A DNA stretch of 64,000 bases from Camelus ferus (lineage: Eukaryota), in contig NC_045696.1 in the NCBI RefSeq assembly GCF_009834535.1, positions 4,280,001 through 4,344,000 on the forward strand, in the 5' to 3' direction. The notes under the pieces were generated by a model. The model was not told the DNA's origin, searched no databases, and saw only the letters and a list, made by a program, of their open reading frames with translations. A program made the translations under genes and the position numbers. Below are positions 1 through 12,771 of this stretch, piece after piece. Positions within the stretch are counted from its first letter, which is position 1; every line of letters starts with the position of its first letter.

Positions 1-644
1 TACCCTAGAGCCCCACCCCCTCCCCCATCCCCATCCCCAGACTTAGCAGGAGGAGGACACCAGCCACCTGCAGCCCAGAGGATGCTTGTGGGTTCATCTC
101 TTCACCCTCCAGCAGCTCCATTTCCTGCCTGCCTCCAGACCTCTTCTCAGCAACTTATGGACATGCCTAAAAGCCCCCTTCTCTCTCTTTTTAAACCTGT
201 TTTGTTCCGCCCCTCTGCTGCTGCTGCACCGTATCCCCCTCCCATAGAAAGGGCTGCCTCCTACGTCTTCCCCCTTCACTCACCCCTCACCTACAAAGCT
301 CTACCCACAAACTGACAGGCTCTGTAAATGTTTCTCCGTCCTTATCCGTACCCACCCGCTTGGCAGCATTGCACACCGGGCTCTCCATCTAGGCCTGGGG
401 TCTCTGAGCTTGGCTGTTCCCTAGAATCCCCTGGGGGATCCTGCCTGCACCTCTTCCCTAGAGGTTCCTGTTCAGCTGGCTTGGGTCAGGGCTCCAGAAC
501 TGCTGGTTGTAAAGTCTTCCAGGTGAATCTGGACTTGAGCCCGGGAGAAACGGGGTGAGATGTCAGGCTGAAGAGGCTCAGCGTCGCTGGAGGCCTGAGC
601 TGATCTGGGAACTTCGGGGTGCATTCTTGAGGTCTTCCATATTT

Positions 645-1770
645 AAAAAACAAAATAAAAAAACTATTCCTTGCTGTGTTGACCAAAAAAGACCTAGAAA
701 AGATGAGCATCCCTCATGCCCAAATTATGGTTTCTAAATACCCTTCCCTCTGCGCCCAGCCTCCTTGGAGAAGGCTGCTTCCAGGCGTGGAGCAGAAACT
801 GAACAAGATGACCCTGGGGCAGCCCATCATATCAGAAAGCGAGGATATTGTCAAAGACTCCCGAGGTCCTGTCAAGATCTGGGGCAAGGCTGCAACAATT
901 TAAACACCATTAAAAGTAGTCACTGCAGTGGCTCAGACACGGCAATGATATTGAAACCTATTTCTTCATAATGTTCTTTTTAAAAGTACATTGATTATCT
1001 TCAAAGAATGCTAAGGAACCCAACTCATTATTTTTAAAAACTGGCAGAGAAAGGAAAAGAATCAAGCATTTATTATCATGACTTTCTTGTACAAACCATC
1101 CCTCAATAGACTCAAATAATTGATGAAGGGAAATTTCCCTTTGTGGAAATTTTGCAGCTAATAAATGAAGGAATGATGGAATTAGACTGTTACCATTTTG
1201 CAGCCCCTAATGAGTTAATGGAGCTGGGCATTGAGCACTCGTGGCTGGTAATGCCACCTGACATTCTGTGCCTCCTGATGGAAGACCACAGTGCTATCTG
1301 TGAAATGTTCTTGTGAAAAAAATCATATCTGAACCTAATTAAGTCTCTACATCCTGAGTGCCAAATCTGGCCTGCTGCCAGTTTTTGTAAATGAAGCTTT
1401 GTTGAAACACAGCCACGCCTGCTTGTTTAAGTAGCTGCAACAGAGACTGACCATCAAAACCTGAGACATTTACTGCCTAACCTTTATGGACAAAATCTGC
1501 CAACCCTGCTCTAGACCATGAGTCCCAAGACCCGTATCAATCAATCATGATTTAAGGACCTTATTTGGATCCCTATTTGAGTATATTTAAAAAGTTACTG
1601 GCGAGATGATTAGAGAAATTTGAACACTAGTTGGATGATGTGATGGAATTATTGTTAATATTTTAGATGTAATAATGGTGTTGAGTGTGTGTGTGTAAGA
1701 GTTCTCTATAGAGACATATTGCTACAATGTTTATGAGTGAAATAAGATTTGTTTCAAAATAATATGGGTT
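645..1770 (+). mobile_element. Ancient L1 3' region (L1MC4/L1MD-like), interrupted by MER58A
   Basis: Motifs resembling recalled L1MC 3' consensus: gacctagaaaagatgagcatccctcatgcccaaattatggtttctaaatacc; ttaccattttgcagcccctaatgagttaatgga; tctgaacctaattaagtctcta; ggaattattgttaatattttagatgtaataatgg. Confidence 0.75.
1360..1508 (+). mobile_element. MER58A-like hAT-Charlie MITE (internally deleted), nested in L1
   Basis: gccaaatctggcctgctgccagtttttgtaaatgaagctttgttgaaacacagccacgcc ... tgccaaccctg matches recalled MER58A. Confidence 0.85.
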
Positions 1771-1779
1771 GGCTGGGAA

Positions 1780-1912
1780 CATGCCAGGCAGTGTTCTCAG
1801 TGAAATGTATGACCCTAATACTAACCCTATCAGCAGGCACTACTATTATTCCCATTTTACAGATGCACAGATTCAAAAGCTGAGGTCTGGTTTCGGAGTC
1901 TGTGCTTTTCAC
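1780..1912 (-). mobile_element. MIR SINE fragment
   Basis: Core ctattattcccattttacagatg. Confidence 0.7.
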
Positions 1913-3049
1913 CCCAGGGCTTGGGTCAGCCCCTTGATGTGACCTTTCTAAAGATCACAGGATGGTCAAGTTGGGGAGGACCTCCCGAAGAACACCTGGC
2001 CAGGAGATCGTCCCAACAGTATCCACGTATCCACGTCCTCGCTCTTTTAACAGACACACGTGGAGCGTCCCTCTGTGTCCGACACCACATTACAGCCAAT
2101 AAGACCAGACTGAGCCCCTCCCATCAGAGACCGCAGTGTAGCAGGAGACAGACTGTAAACACACTTCCTTTTTGGAAACATCACTCCAGCTGCTGGGCGA
2201 AGGAGAGTTGGGAGCGGTGAGCCTGGAGACAGGGAGACCAGTTAGGAGGCCACTGCAAGAACCCACGAGGACGGTGGCAATGGGCACTGAGAGGGAGAAC
2301 CTCACGTTTCGTGTTGAGAGGGTCAGTCTGCACAACACAGGGAAGAGGCCCGGTAGGACTCGCGTTTGGACACTCAGCGCACAGAGATCTGCGCCATTCC
2401 TCTGTTTGCCTGGGGCTGGTCCGCTTGCAGAGCAGCACACAAATCCCCTCACCTTGGCCCTCAGACGGCAGGAGGCGGGGAGGGCAGAAGTCCAGGTTTA
2501 TGGAGGGACTTTGAGGGGCAGGAGCAGCGAGCTCCCACCGCGTCCTGGATGCTTACTGCTGCACGTCCTCTTGCTCTCTGACACTCTGAGGCGGGCATCG
2601 CGTGCCCAAGCCACGGAGAAGGGCACTGAGCACAGGGAGTCGGAGGTCTGCCTGGTGATGGTGAGTACACGGCCCATCTGGCTCGAACCTGGTCTGTCAG
2701 CTGCCCAAGCCTGAGTTCTTGCCCCTGAACCACGCTGCCTTCGTAAAATGACTAATCAGGCACATCGTGGGGGAGAGGGGAGAAAGGCTCACCTCAGACT
2801 CCTTGTACCACCTTCCCCTCATGCATTTACAATAGGTCGCCCTCTACAAACAGACCTCCCTCTCAGGAACACATCGGTTGGATAAATAAGGATCATCAGT
2901 ATTATATTACATCAACTGGTTCCCACCTGGACGAGGCTCTAACTAGAGAGGTGGGCTGCCAGAATCATGGGGGTTTCCAAATGTTTGTCCACCACCAGCT
3001 CTGCTCTTTGGTCGAGCTCAGAGATAACAAAACTTAAAGGATGGCGCAA

Positions 3050-3150
3050 AGGCTCTGAGCCCAGAGATCCAGGACCAACTTCTGCCACAGACCACTGGGA
3101 CGTCCGCAGGCAAACTTCTGCTCCCTGAGCCTTGGTTTCCTTATCTATGT
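3050..3150 (+). mobile_element. MIR fragment
   Basis: ctccctgagccttggtttccttatct resembles the MIR core. Confidence 0.5.
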
Positions 3151-3360
3151 ATCTACTGCCCTCCTCCAGGGGCGTGTTCTCATAGAGTCAGCATGGATGG
3201 CGCCCCCTAAAGTTGTGTGTCAGTAAGGTCTGTTTACTTACTTTAGTGGGCTCCTTGTTAGGATTCAGTTACATTCCACCATCCCTTGATTTGATCTGTT
3301 CATATTTTAACACCTCCAAAGCCAGGATGCATGTGTGTCCCCTGAGAAGGCACGCATTTG

Positions 3361-4325
3361 ATTGTTATTCCTGTGCCACTTTCCTTGACATTTCAAACCA
3401 CTTAAGGATCATTTAAGAAAGGTGTATGAGTCTTGGGATCGTCTGAAGCTTTTTGCTGATACTCAGGTAATGTCCAGAAAGTCCAGCCTAAACGCTTGCA
3501 GGAAGGTGACACCACCATGGTGGCAGTATGTGCTCCCCTAAAGATGTCCATGTCCTCGTGCCTGGAACCTGTGAATACATTACCTTACATAGCGGAAGGG
3601 ATTTTGCAGCTGTGATTAAATGAATGCCCTTGAGCTTGAGAGAGCAGCCTGGGTTATCCAGGAGGGGCCCAATCTAATGATGCGCATCCTTAAAATCAGA
3701 GAACCTTTCCCAGCTGTGCTCAGAGGGAGCCGTGGTTACAGAAGAACTGTCAGAGAGAGGCAGTGTTGCTAGCCTGCAAGAGGGAGGAAGGGGACCGCAA
3801 GCCAAGGAATTCAGGTGACCTGAGAAACTTATAAAGGCAAGGAAACAAACTCTCCCCTGTAAGTACCAGAAAGGAAAACAGCCCTGTTGGTACCCTGATT
3901 TTAGCTCAGTGAGACCCAAGTCAGACTCTGACCCATAGAAGTGTAAGATAATAACATTCATGCTGTTTTAAGCCACCAAGTTTGCAGTAGTTTGTTACAG
4001 CAGCAATAGGAATCTAATACACCCCTCCTAGGAAACTGTATCCCCTCATACCTTAACGGCCCAGAGAACGATACTGTAGGGAAAACACAGACATTGATGA
4101 CTGTGAGTCCAAAAATGATTCAGGAGAGTTTGCTGGAGTGTGGAAAAATCTAAGAATAAGTTACCGGTTTATTTCACCTTTATTTTATGTTTGCACAGGA
4201 ATACCCACATTGGGCTGAAAACCTCTTTCATAGGCATAATACAAAGCACCTAAGAGATAAGAAAGTATCACATCACTGTTTAATGGTAACTTTGTTTTCC
4301 TTAGTGGTGCATGAATAGTGGTTGG
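3361..4325 (+). mobile_element. Kanga-like TcMar-Tc2/pogo DNA transposon relic (transposase 3' part and 3' end), split by MLT1D
   Basis: 3384-3436 reads LDIS/KPLKDHLRKVYESW with a frameshift, like the pogo DDE motif (Q)PLDV..NKPFKD.LR. It resumes after the LTR (gaaaacacagacattgatgactgtgagtccaaaaatgattcag) and ends ttttccttagtggtgcatgaatagtgg. Confidence 0.65.
3516..4021 (+). mobile_element. MLT1D-like MaLR solo LTR
   Basis: Begins tggtggcag..ccctaaagatgtccatgtcc..cctggaacctgtgaata. Ends ttttaagccaccaagtttg..tttgttacagcagcaataggaatctaataca. About 505 bp. Confidence 0.9.
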
Positions 4326-6119
4326 GGTGCAGAACTTACCAGCTCTGATCTTATGAATAGAGTCAGAGAAATAGGATGTGACTTGTGGAAAGTACTTGCT
4401 ACATAGTAGTTACTCAATAGATGTTAGTTTACCTTCCCTGAAAATGTTGTCTTAGATTTTAAGACTGTGACCCCTTGGCTGTGTACATCTGGGATTTTGG
4501 GGTTGCCCATCTCTACCGCGGTCCTTCCTGTCTCTTGGTTCCTAGGGCGTGTTCGGGATGACCTCCCCTGCCCCACCCCCTAGGTGGGTTCCTCAGCTGC
4601 CCTGTCTTTCCTGTCGCATTAGGGAAGGTTTCCATTTCTCATTTGAGAGACTGAACATCATTTGGTTGTGATCACACAGGGAAGAGAGTGGAATCTTCAC
4701 CACATTCGGCATCCTTTCACAGCTCTCTCGCCTTCAGCAACTTTTACATCATCAAAATCAACTAATATTAGTGCCAACGGAGGCAGTGTCCTTGGGTGGT
4801 GAAATCAGAAGTGGGTTGCCGGCCACAGACCTATTCATTCGCTGCACCAGTGTCTTCTTTAATGTGCTGTATTTATTTTGGTCACTGTCTGAAAGTCTTA
4901 ATCGCTTCCTTTTCCTGGTAGAAGTCTGGAGAAGACAAATTCAAGCTAGCGCCTGCAGAAGCATCTGCTCCGACAGGGGCCGTTTAGAGAATGGGACTGT
5001 CCTTTGTGCGGATTTATGGGTTTGTGGGAGGAAGAAAGTAAAGCGTGATGGGAGGGAGTGAAGGAGAAGGAATACGGAGGAAAGGGCAGGAGAAGGTGTG
5101 GATCAGACTGCAGTGGGGGTGGGGGTGCCTAGGGCTCTGCTTCGGCCTCCCCTCCCCCTCCCAGGAGAGTCCTGCGCCCAGTGGGGCTTCAGAACCCCTG
5201 CTGTTTGGTTCAGATAGGATCAGCTTCATTTCACTCTGGAGGAAGAAGCAACGTGGGCCTCGGAAACCACCCTGTCCCTTGAGCTCAGGGCACAGAACCC
5301 CCTCCCCACTGCCCTCCCTGCTCAAGCTCAAGGTGCAGCGGCCCACGTGGGATGTCTGGGTGGGGCTGGAGGACTGAAGGCAAAGGAGATCAAGAGGCAA
5401 ATAATCAGAAAGGCCCTTGTCTCCAAAAAGTAGCTGACTGCGGCACCAGACCTCAGATGTGCCCCTGTCCTGCTCTGTAATGTGGGACATCCGGCCTGGC
5501 AGGGTCCTTAACAGACAGCAGGGCCCCAGCAGGCTGCAGTTGCCTGTAGGGTGCCCTTGTAAAAGAGGTGGGAGCAGGGCCCCAGGCAGCAGGGGAAAGT
5601 CCGCGCATGCCTGGCCCCTGCTGCGAGCCTCTGGGCCCTCTTCCTGACACCAGTAAAATCCCACCAGCAGAGAGAGGCTGGAAGGGCGAGTGGGCGAACC
5701 TGGAGCAGTTGTAGGAGGACTCATCAAAAATCTCAGAAATCCCACACGCAGAGTGACTGCCCAGCTGTTGCCTGTGGACTCAAGGACCCCTGGGCAGCCC
5801 CCACATCCCACTCCCAGCTCAAAATGGCACCACTCCTGCTCACTGTTCTTAGCTGTGGCCACCTGCCCCCATCCTGCCTCCGCACCATCCCCAAGAGGAA
5901 ACCTGCCTGCTGGCCCCCAGCCCCCAGCCCATCCCCTCCCCTCTCCCAAAGACTCTCACTACATTAGTTACAGAGAGATTCCCACACTAGCTTCCAGGAT
6001 CCTTCAGTCTTAGCTTTTACTTCTGAATACGTGCAGGCAACGAGAAGTTCTCAGACACACGAGGAGAACCGGCAGCTTAAGGAGAGCCACTAGCGGGGAG
6101 AGCAGTGGAGGATTTAACA

Positions 6120-6960
6120 CAGAATTCTCATATTTCTTTTCCTTAGGGGAAATTTCAGAAGCTATTATAGGAAAGAAATAAGAGCTTTTACTGTAAAAGA
6201 AAAAAAAAAGGCAATTGGAGCTCAAAAAAGAATCCTCGGAGATAAAACACATAATTTTTGAGAAGAAAAGGAAAACTCATAGAGGCAGGAAATGGCAGGA
6301 GGGGCAGAGCTGGACTCGGGGGTGAGAAATGAACAGCTCAGTGTAATTCAAGCAACGGGTGCAGGCCCAGGGCAGAGACAAAGAGGTGGGGGCCCTGAAA
6401 GGACAGATTCGTGGGGAAGGGGGTCTAGGTTCCAGGAAGGAAGATCTGAAATAGTGCAGGCGAAATCACGGCCAAAGAAACAGACTTTCCTTGAGCTAAA
6501 GATGTCAGATCAAAAGTCCTCACCACGTGCTGGGTGGGATTACTGGAAAGGACACTTGGGAATTCCAAGGACAAAGAGAGTGTTGTTTAAACTGCGTGTC
6601 CGCTGGGAATGGGGGGTGTCTCCAGGAGACTGAATGGTGGTGGAACAGCCCAACCGAGGGAAACGGGACAGGGTCCCAGGGTCCTCTTCCCCCTGGGAGG
6701 GAATGGGGGAGGGCAGTGTACTTTCATGTGCTGCTTCTGAAAAAGTTCTTACTGATGAAATCCGTCCACCAAATGGGAAAAAAAAAAGAATTAGAAGGAG
6801 GAATTCAAGAAAAGGAAGGTATGGTATATAAGAAACAGTGACCAATGATACAAAGAAACTTAGAGTTTGAATCTGAACAGTGGTTGAGAACATGACTGAA
6901 AGGCTTAATGCAGTTGTTGAAAAAGAAAGGATTCTTGAAGCTAAGGAGGTCTGATATGAA
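6120..6960 (+). mobile_element. Degraded HAL1/L1 ORF1-like relic
   Basis: A-rich purine tract with ORF1-like pieces (tttccttgagctaaagatgtcagatcaaaagtcctcacc; ccaaggacaaagagag; ggaattcaagaaaagg). Highly diverged. Confidence 0.45.
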
Positions 6961-7023
6961 AAAATAAAACCACTTCACCGCCGAGAATCCTGAAGTCCTG
7001 ATTACATCACCAGGCTCCTTCAG

Positions 7024-7115
7024 TGGGTGGGGAGAGGGAGTGAGGGGGGAGGGGGAGGGGTCTTGCTGGGTGAGGGGGGGCTGGACCAGGATGAAGGCGA
7101 GGGGTGTAGGGAGGG
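7024..7115 (+). repeat. G-rich low-complexity tract, G-quadruplex capable
   Basis: More than eight runs of 3 or more G in about 90 bp. Confidence 0.6.
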
Positions 7116-7154
7116 TTCTTTGAGGAGGGAAGGGAGGCGCCCTGGGTCCCACAG

Positions 7155-7345
7155 CAAGGACTGAGTCCTGACGCCAGGCTCACCTGCTGTATCACGCCTC
7201 ACACAACTCTACCTTCCTTGTCTGTGAAATGGGAGCGAAAACTCACTTCACTGAACATGGTGAAATTAACCCGCAAGACACGCCGCACCTCACACAGAGC
7301 TGGCTGGCACGTTTTAATCGCTTCACAGTCACTAGCTTTGATTTT
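7155..7345 (+). mobile_element. MIR fragment
   Basis: ttccttgtctgtgaaatggg core and a ctggcacg.. 3' part. Confidence 0.5.
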
Positions 7346-8159
7346 AATTAGTAACAATTATTATTGTTGATGGTGATAGGAAAATACAGGTTCAACCATA
7401 TTCAAGTTTTAAAAAGTTTAAAACCTAGAGCTTTAGCTCTGCCACTATAAAATCTTACCAGAAACCCTTTCGTGTACAATCTGGGTCTGGAACACTGACA
7501 CTCCCCACCAGGTGACAAACCTGGGCCCCTGTGGAGTCCTGTGGAGGAAACACCTTCTCAAGACCTGGGGCAGGTGGGCAGGGTGCCCTGACCCTGAGTG
7601 AGCCATGCAGGTGGAGATGGCGGGGCTGACCCTGGCTTGGCTTGGCTTGGGTTTGGAGGGTGAGTTTGTTCAGTTTTATCAGGGAGACTGGAGCCTGTCA
7701 GTCTCAGGTGGGTGGGGGCTGAGTCCAGAGTCAATAAGAAAGCACCTGAAAAAGAAAGTCACACATGAAACTCCCTCGGGGCAAAGAACAGGGCGTTGAC
7801 CTGTGTACACAGTGAGATGGCAACCATCAGCTCTTAAACCACAGACCTGGTATTTGAATCGCAAGCCTACACTGCCTTCAGGAGCTCCCTCCAGCCACCC
7901 AAACTCCCGAGAAGGGTCCTGCTGCCCCATATGAAGAGGGGAGAAGGTCCAGATGGGCCTCTCCCGAACAGCGGGGCACCAGGCGTCTCACCTGGGCAAC
8001 CCTCCCATAAGAGTCACTCCGAGCAGTGGGGGTTTTGGTCAGGGAGGGTGGACCCAGTGCTGTCAGGACTGGACTTTGGGGCTTCTTGGGGGCTTGGGGG
8101 ATGAGAATGCTGGTGAAATTTATCTTCTTGGGAAGTGTTTAAAGTCAGACAATCACCGT

Positions 8160-8360
8160 TATAATAGTTACTATTGATCAGCTGCCGTATGCCAGGTTCT
8201 TGCACACTTTATATCACTTGATCCCTAAGCAATGGTGGGCAGTGAGCATTGTCATCCCCAGTTTACAGGTGAGGCAGCTGAGACCTGGACAAGTTAAGGA
8301 ACTTGCCCCATAGAAGGTGGAGAAGATGTTGGACCCCAGACTGGAGTAACATGTCCATTG
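8160..8360 (-). mobile_element. MIR
   Basis: attgtcatccccagtttacaggtgaggcagctgagacctggacaagttaaggaacttgccc. Confidence 0.8.
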
Positions 8361-8430
8361 CATAACTTCAGGAAGAATTTGAAGGCAATATATTTGCCTA
8401 GGCTTTTCCTCCATCAATATCTTTAGATTA

Positions 8431-9294
8431 CATCAGTTTGAGTTAGAGTGTTCTCTGGATATCTGCCCAGGAGTGGGACTGCTGGATCATGTGGTAAGTC
8501 TATTTTTATTTTTTAAAGGAGTCTCCATAGTGGCTGCATCAAGGTACATTTGCATCCACAGAGTAGGAGGATTCCCTTTCCTCCACAGCCTTTCCAGCAT
8601 TTATTATTTGTAGAGTTTTAAATGAGACTTTGAGACTCTACTCAAAAAGATACATGCACCCCAATGTTCATAGCAGCACTATTTATAATAGCCAAGATGT
8701 GGAAGCAACTTATATGTCCATTGACAGATGACCGAATAAAGAAGATGTGGGGGGGGGGTGTATATACACACACACACACACACATACATATGATGGAATA
8801 CTACTCAGCTGTAAAAAAGAATAAGATAATGCCATTTGCAGCAACATGGATGGACCTGAAGATTGTCATACTAAGTGAAGTCAGCCAGAAAGAGAAAGAA
8901 AAATACCATATGATACCACTTATATATGGAATCTAAAAAGACGATACAAATGAACTTACTTGCAAGACTGAAACAGACTCACAGACACAGAAAACAAACT
9001 ATAGTTATCAAAGGGGAAAAGGGTGCGGGGGATAAATTAGGAGTTTGCAATTAATCTATACATACCACTACATATAAAATAGATAAACAGCGAAGACTAT
9101 ATAGCACAGGGAACTACATTCAATATCTTGTATTAACCTGTAATGGAAAAGAATCTGAAAAAGAAAACATATGTATATATATGCATGTAACTGAATCACT
9201 GCTGTACACCTGAAACTAACACAACACTGTAAATCAACCATACTTCAATAAAAGTAAGTAAAAAATAAAAATTTGCATTTTACATTTAAAAAAA
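8431..9294 (+). mobile_element. 5'-truncated, 5'-inverted L1 (artiodactyl-type 3' end)
   Basis: About 8437-8625 is minus-strand ORF2 3' sequence. About 8635-9270 is plus-strand ORF2 end (MFIAALFIIAK.WKQ...MEYYSAVKKNKIMPFAATWMDL) plus 3'UTR and A-rich tail. Possible degenerate TSD ending tagatta (8424-8430 and 9300-9306). Confidence 0.9.
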
Positions 9295-9849
9295 CCCTCT
9301 AGATTATTTCCATCTAAGTGAAGCTTGGATGGATGAAGTTTTTATCTAGTTTCGGAAGAAAGTACTCTAATGTCTCTGCAGTTTACAAGGGCACAGAGCA
9401 GAACAGCTTCCCCCATGAAGTGAAAACAGCCCGACCGTATCAGGTCCTGAAGGCTGGCGGTTTTCTGTTTATGAATGGGGGTGGTGAGCTTGCCTTTCTT
9501 TCTGCCTGGGAGTCTGATGGCTGCAGTGGGGTTCTTTTACTAGCTCTTTGGAATAACCTTGGGCTGGGCATTTTGTACTTGCTCAAAGCTCAAGGCTGAG
9601 TAAATAAGCACCTAGCCTTGAGACCTGTTTTCACGACATTGGACATTGAACTTGATGGAGTTCCTTGACGGAAGCCAAGTGTGAACCAAGTGGACGAGCT
9701 TGCACAACCCACAGAAGGACAATCAAGGTGTGAAAGTAATCTTTGGCTCCGAGCCCCAGAATGGAGTTGGTGAGCTCAGTTCCCTTCTGGCCTGGGTCCT
9801 TGGCAGGGCGTGATTCAGGGCTGACCATTCGACCTTCATTCTCTTTTTT

Positions 9850-10945
9850 CCTGACTGTCACCCCTCTCCCCTGGTTTTCCTCTATTCTTGCTGGTCTCTC
9901 CACAGATCCCGGTCCCTCTCTTCTCAACCCTTTAGTGTTGGAGATCCCAGGGTGCAGTTCTCGGTCCCCTCCTGTGCCATGAAGGGTCTCACCCAGAACT
10001 GTGGCTTGAAATATCATGTCAGTTTACAGCCTCAGCATCCTTGCTTTTATTTCTCTCACACCCAATGTCTATTCATCAAGAATCATCTGACTCCACCTTC
10101 AAAATTCACAAGAAACTGACCACCCACTTCTTATTCCTTCACTGCCACCTGCTCCTAGCCACCGTCATCTCCCACCTGCCCGAGCCTTCCAGCTAGTCTC
10201 CTGGCTGTTGCTCCTGCCCCTCATGGTCTGTTCTCTGCCCAGCTGCCGCAGGGGTCCTGGTAAAATATGCCACATTGTGTCGCTCCTCTGTTCAAACCTC
10301 TGCAGTGGTTCCCAAGGACCCAAGTCTCACAGGCCCCCTGGGGTCTCCACAGCCCCTCCTCCCCAAACTCCCAGGCATCCAGCCTCACTGCTATTTCAGC
10401 AAATGTTCAAGTGCCCTGCGCCTTTAGGGCCCCTTTACTGGCTGTTCCCTCTGGAATGTTCTCCCTCTGGACGTCTCCACACTGCATCCCTCCCCTACTT
10501 CAAGCCCTTGCTCAGAGGTTACCTCTCTCTGTCCCTTCACAGCCAGCCCCTGCTCCCCAGCTGCCCAGGTGCTGGCTGACCCTCGTCCTCCTCTGCTTCC
10601 TTCTTTTCCAGTCTTCCTTCCTGTCCCTTTCCCCTTCCTTCCTTCCTTCCTTCCTTCCTTCCTTCCTTCCTTCCTTCCTTCCTTCCTTCTTTCCTTCCTC
10701 CTTCTTTCTTTCCCTCCAGAGCTCTTGTCACTTTATAACCAACCAGACAAGTGAATCACTCATTCTGTTTGCTCTTTACTTCTCACTGTCTCTCTCCCTG
10801 CATATCTCCCTCCCACAGGACATAAACTTCATGTGGGCGGCAGTCTTTGCCTGTTCTGTTTGTTGACACATCCCAAATGCCTAGGACAGAGGGTGGCACA
10901 CTCTAAGTACTTAGTGTATATTTGTTGAAGGAAGGAAGGAATCGA
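9850..10945 (+). mobile_element. L2 3' portion
   Basis: ctcctctgttcaaacctctgcagtggttccc; gctgttccctctggaatgttct; terminal atatttgttgaaggaaggaa. Confidence 0.8.
10633..10712 (+). repeat. (CCTT)n microsatellite
   Basis: 14 perfect CCTT units at 10633-10688, then degenerate. Confidence 0.95.
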
Positions 10946-11669
10946 AGGGGGTCCCAAGATTACCCCCAGGGACCCTCTTACTTCCTAGAGTCCCAGGATG
11001 TCTTGCAGCCTGGGTACCCTTAAAAGTTCTCCTGGCAGATGTGGCTCCTGCCACCTTGCGCTGCACTCAGGGCACTGCTGGGGTTGCCTCAGCCCTGCTG
11101 GCCACTCTAGAGCCCAGGGATGTTGCTCTCTTGAGTGGGAGGCTATGGTGGTTTGTAGGAGCTGAACTGTTTATTAAGCTATGGAAATGGCAGTGCCTTG
11201 GACCCAAGACACGTGGTTAGAATCCACTCTTCATTTTCTCCTGGGCAGGAGACACTCCGGGTACCAACCAAAAGAAACTCTATCAAGGAAAGGCTAGAAG
11301 AACAAACTAAGGAAGCCAAAATTCTTGTTTGGCTTCTTCAGATGTTAACAAGAATACCCAGTAAATAAAACTTTCATTAAAAATAATGTCATGACGCTTT
11401 AAGTCATTTTCAAGTGAGTGGGCACTGAAGCTTCTAATTTTTGGCAAAAGATTGATGGCAGAGTTTTTTTTTTTAATTATTTTTGTCACTACTTATTTAG
11501 GATATATGTAACACCTCCTACATATGTTTAGGTGAATCCAGCTGATTCACAGAAAAAATGTATGTTAAACAGTTTTTTAAGGGTCAGTTCTTGTAAGTCC
11601 ATTTATTGATTTCCTATTTCCCATATTATACAGTTTTGTGCTAAAATGTCTTTTTAAAAAGTCATTGTG

Positions 11670-12300
11670 ATATGTATGTTCCCTCTACACCAACTCTGAT
11701 GAGACTTTTTATCATGAATGGATGTTGAATTTTGTCAAATGCTTTTTCTATTTCTATACAGATAATCATGTGATTTTTATCTTTCCTTTTATTAATGCAT
11801 TGTATCATGTTGATTGATTAGAGGATATCGAACCCATCCTTGCAATAAATATATATGTGATGGAATATTACTCAGCCATGAAAAAGAATGAAATTCTGCC
11901 ATTTGCAACAACATGGATGGACCTAGAGGATATTACGCTTAGTGAAGTAAGTCAGACAGAGAGAGACAAATACTGAATCTTACCACTTACATGTGGAATC
12001 TAAATGATAAAACAAATGAATATAGCAAAACAAACAACTCACAGATAAAGAGAACAAATTAGTGGTTACCAGTGGGGAGAGGGAAGGGAGGGGGAGCAAA
12101 AGAGGGGCAGGGGATTAATAGATACAGATTACTATGCATGAAATAAATGAGCTACAAGGATATATTACACAGCACAGGGAATGTAGCCAATATTTTATTA
12201 CAACTTTTAATGAAATATAATCTATAAAAATTTTGAATCACTATGTTGTACACCAGAAATTAATGTAGTATCATAAATCAACTATACTATAGTGGAAAAA
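11670..12300 (+). mobile_element. 5'-inverted L1 with large junction deletion
   Basis: 11670-11844 on the minus strand encodes the RT piece [23 protein letters not shown]. 11851-12300 on the plus strand is ORF2 end plus 3'UTR. Flanking repeat tcattgtg at 11662-11669 and 12305-12312, each preceded by an A-run. Confidence 0.9.
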
Positions 12301-12771
12301 TACTTCATTGTGTTGTTTTGGAGTTAAGATACATAAACTCTGAAAATACTGTTAATGTGAGCAGACCTGGGTATGGACATTCATAGTAGATGGTTTTCAA
12401 CTCTACTGCCGGCCAGAGAGAACACAGAGAGATGCTGGATTTGGCCCCAGCTTCTGAATGCTTGGAGATTCTGTTGGGAAGGAAATCAAAGAGGAAAATG
12501 GAAACATACTACCTGGTACTTGGGTCCATCCCTGGTCTGATTATCTTTCCCATTTATGGTACATGGCCTGGCTGGCCCCCTCTCTTTCTCTCTTTCTTTC
12601 TTTCTCTATCTCTCTTCCTCCCTCAATCCTTCTTTCTTTTTAACTTCTCACTTTCCCAGGTTCACCTTCATGGATGTCTTCTATCAACCAGAATGACTGA
12701 CCCTGGACCCTCAGGACCAAGCACCTGAGGCAGAGCAGAGAACCTGCCCAATGCAGACCAGCTTGGGAGGC

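Noticed and set aside
676..903. 75-aa ORF with protein-like composition
   Set aside because: Lies within the L1MC-like 3' relic; no splice or domain support.
5014..5949. Longest ORF (311 aa, minus strand)
   Set aside because: Non-ATG start, G/P/L/S-rich composition typical of chance ORFs in GC-rich DNA, no recognisable domain.
8664..8936. 90-aa ORF resembling a real protein
   Set aside because: It is the L1 ORF2 C-terminus with a microsatellite insertion, not a host gene.
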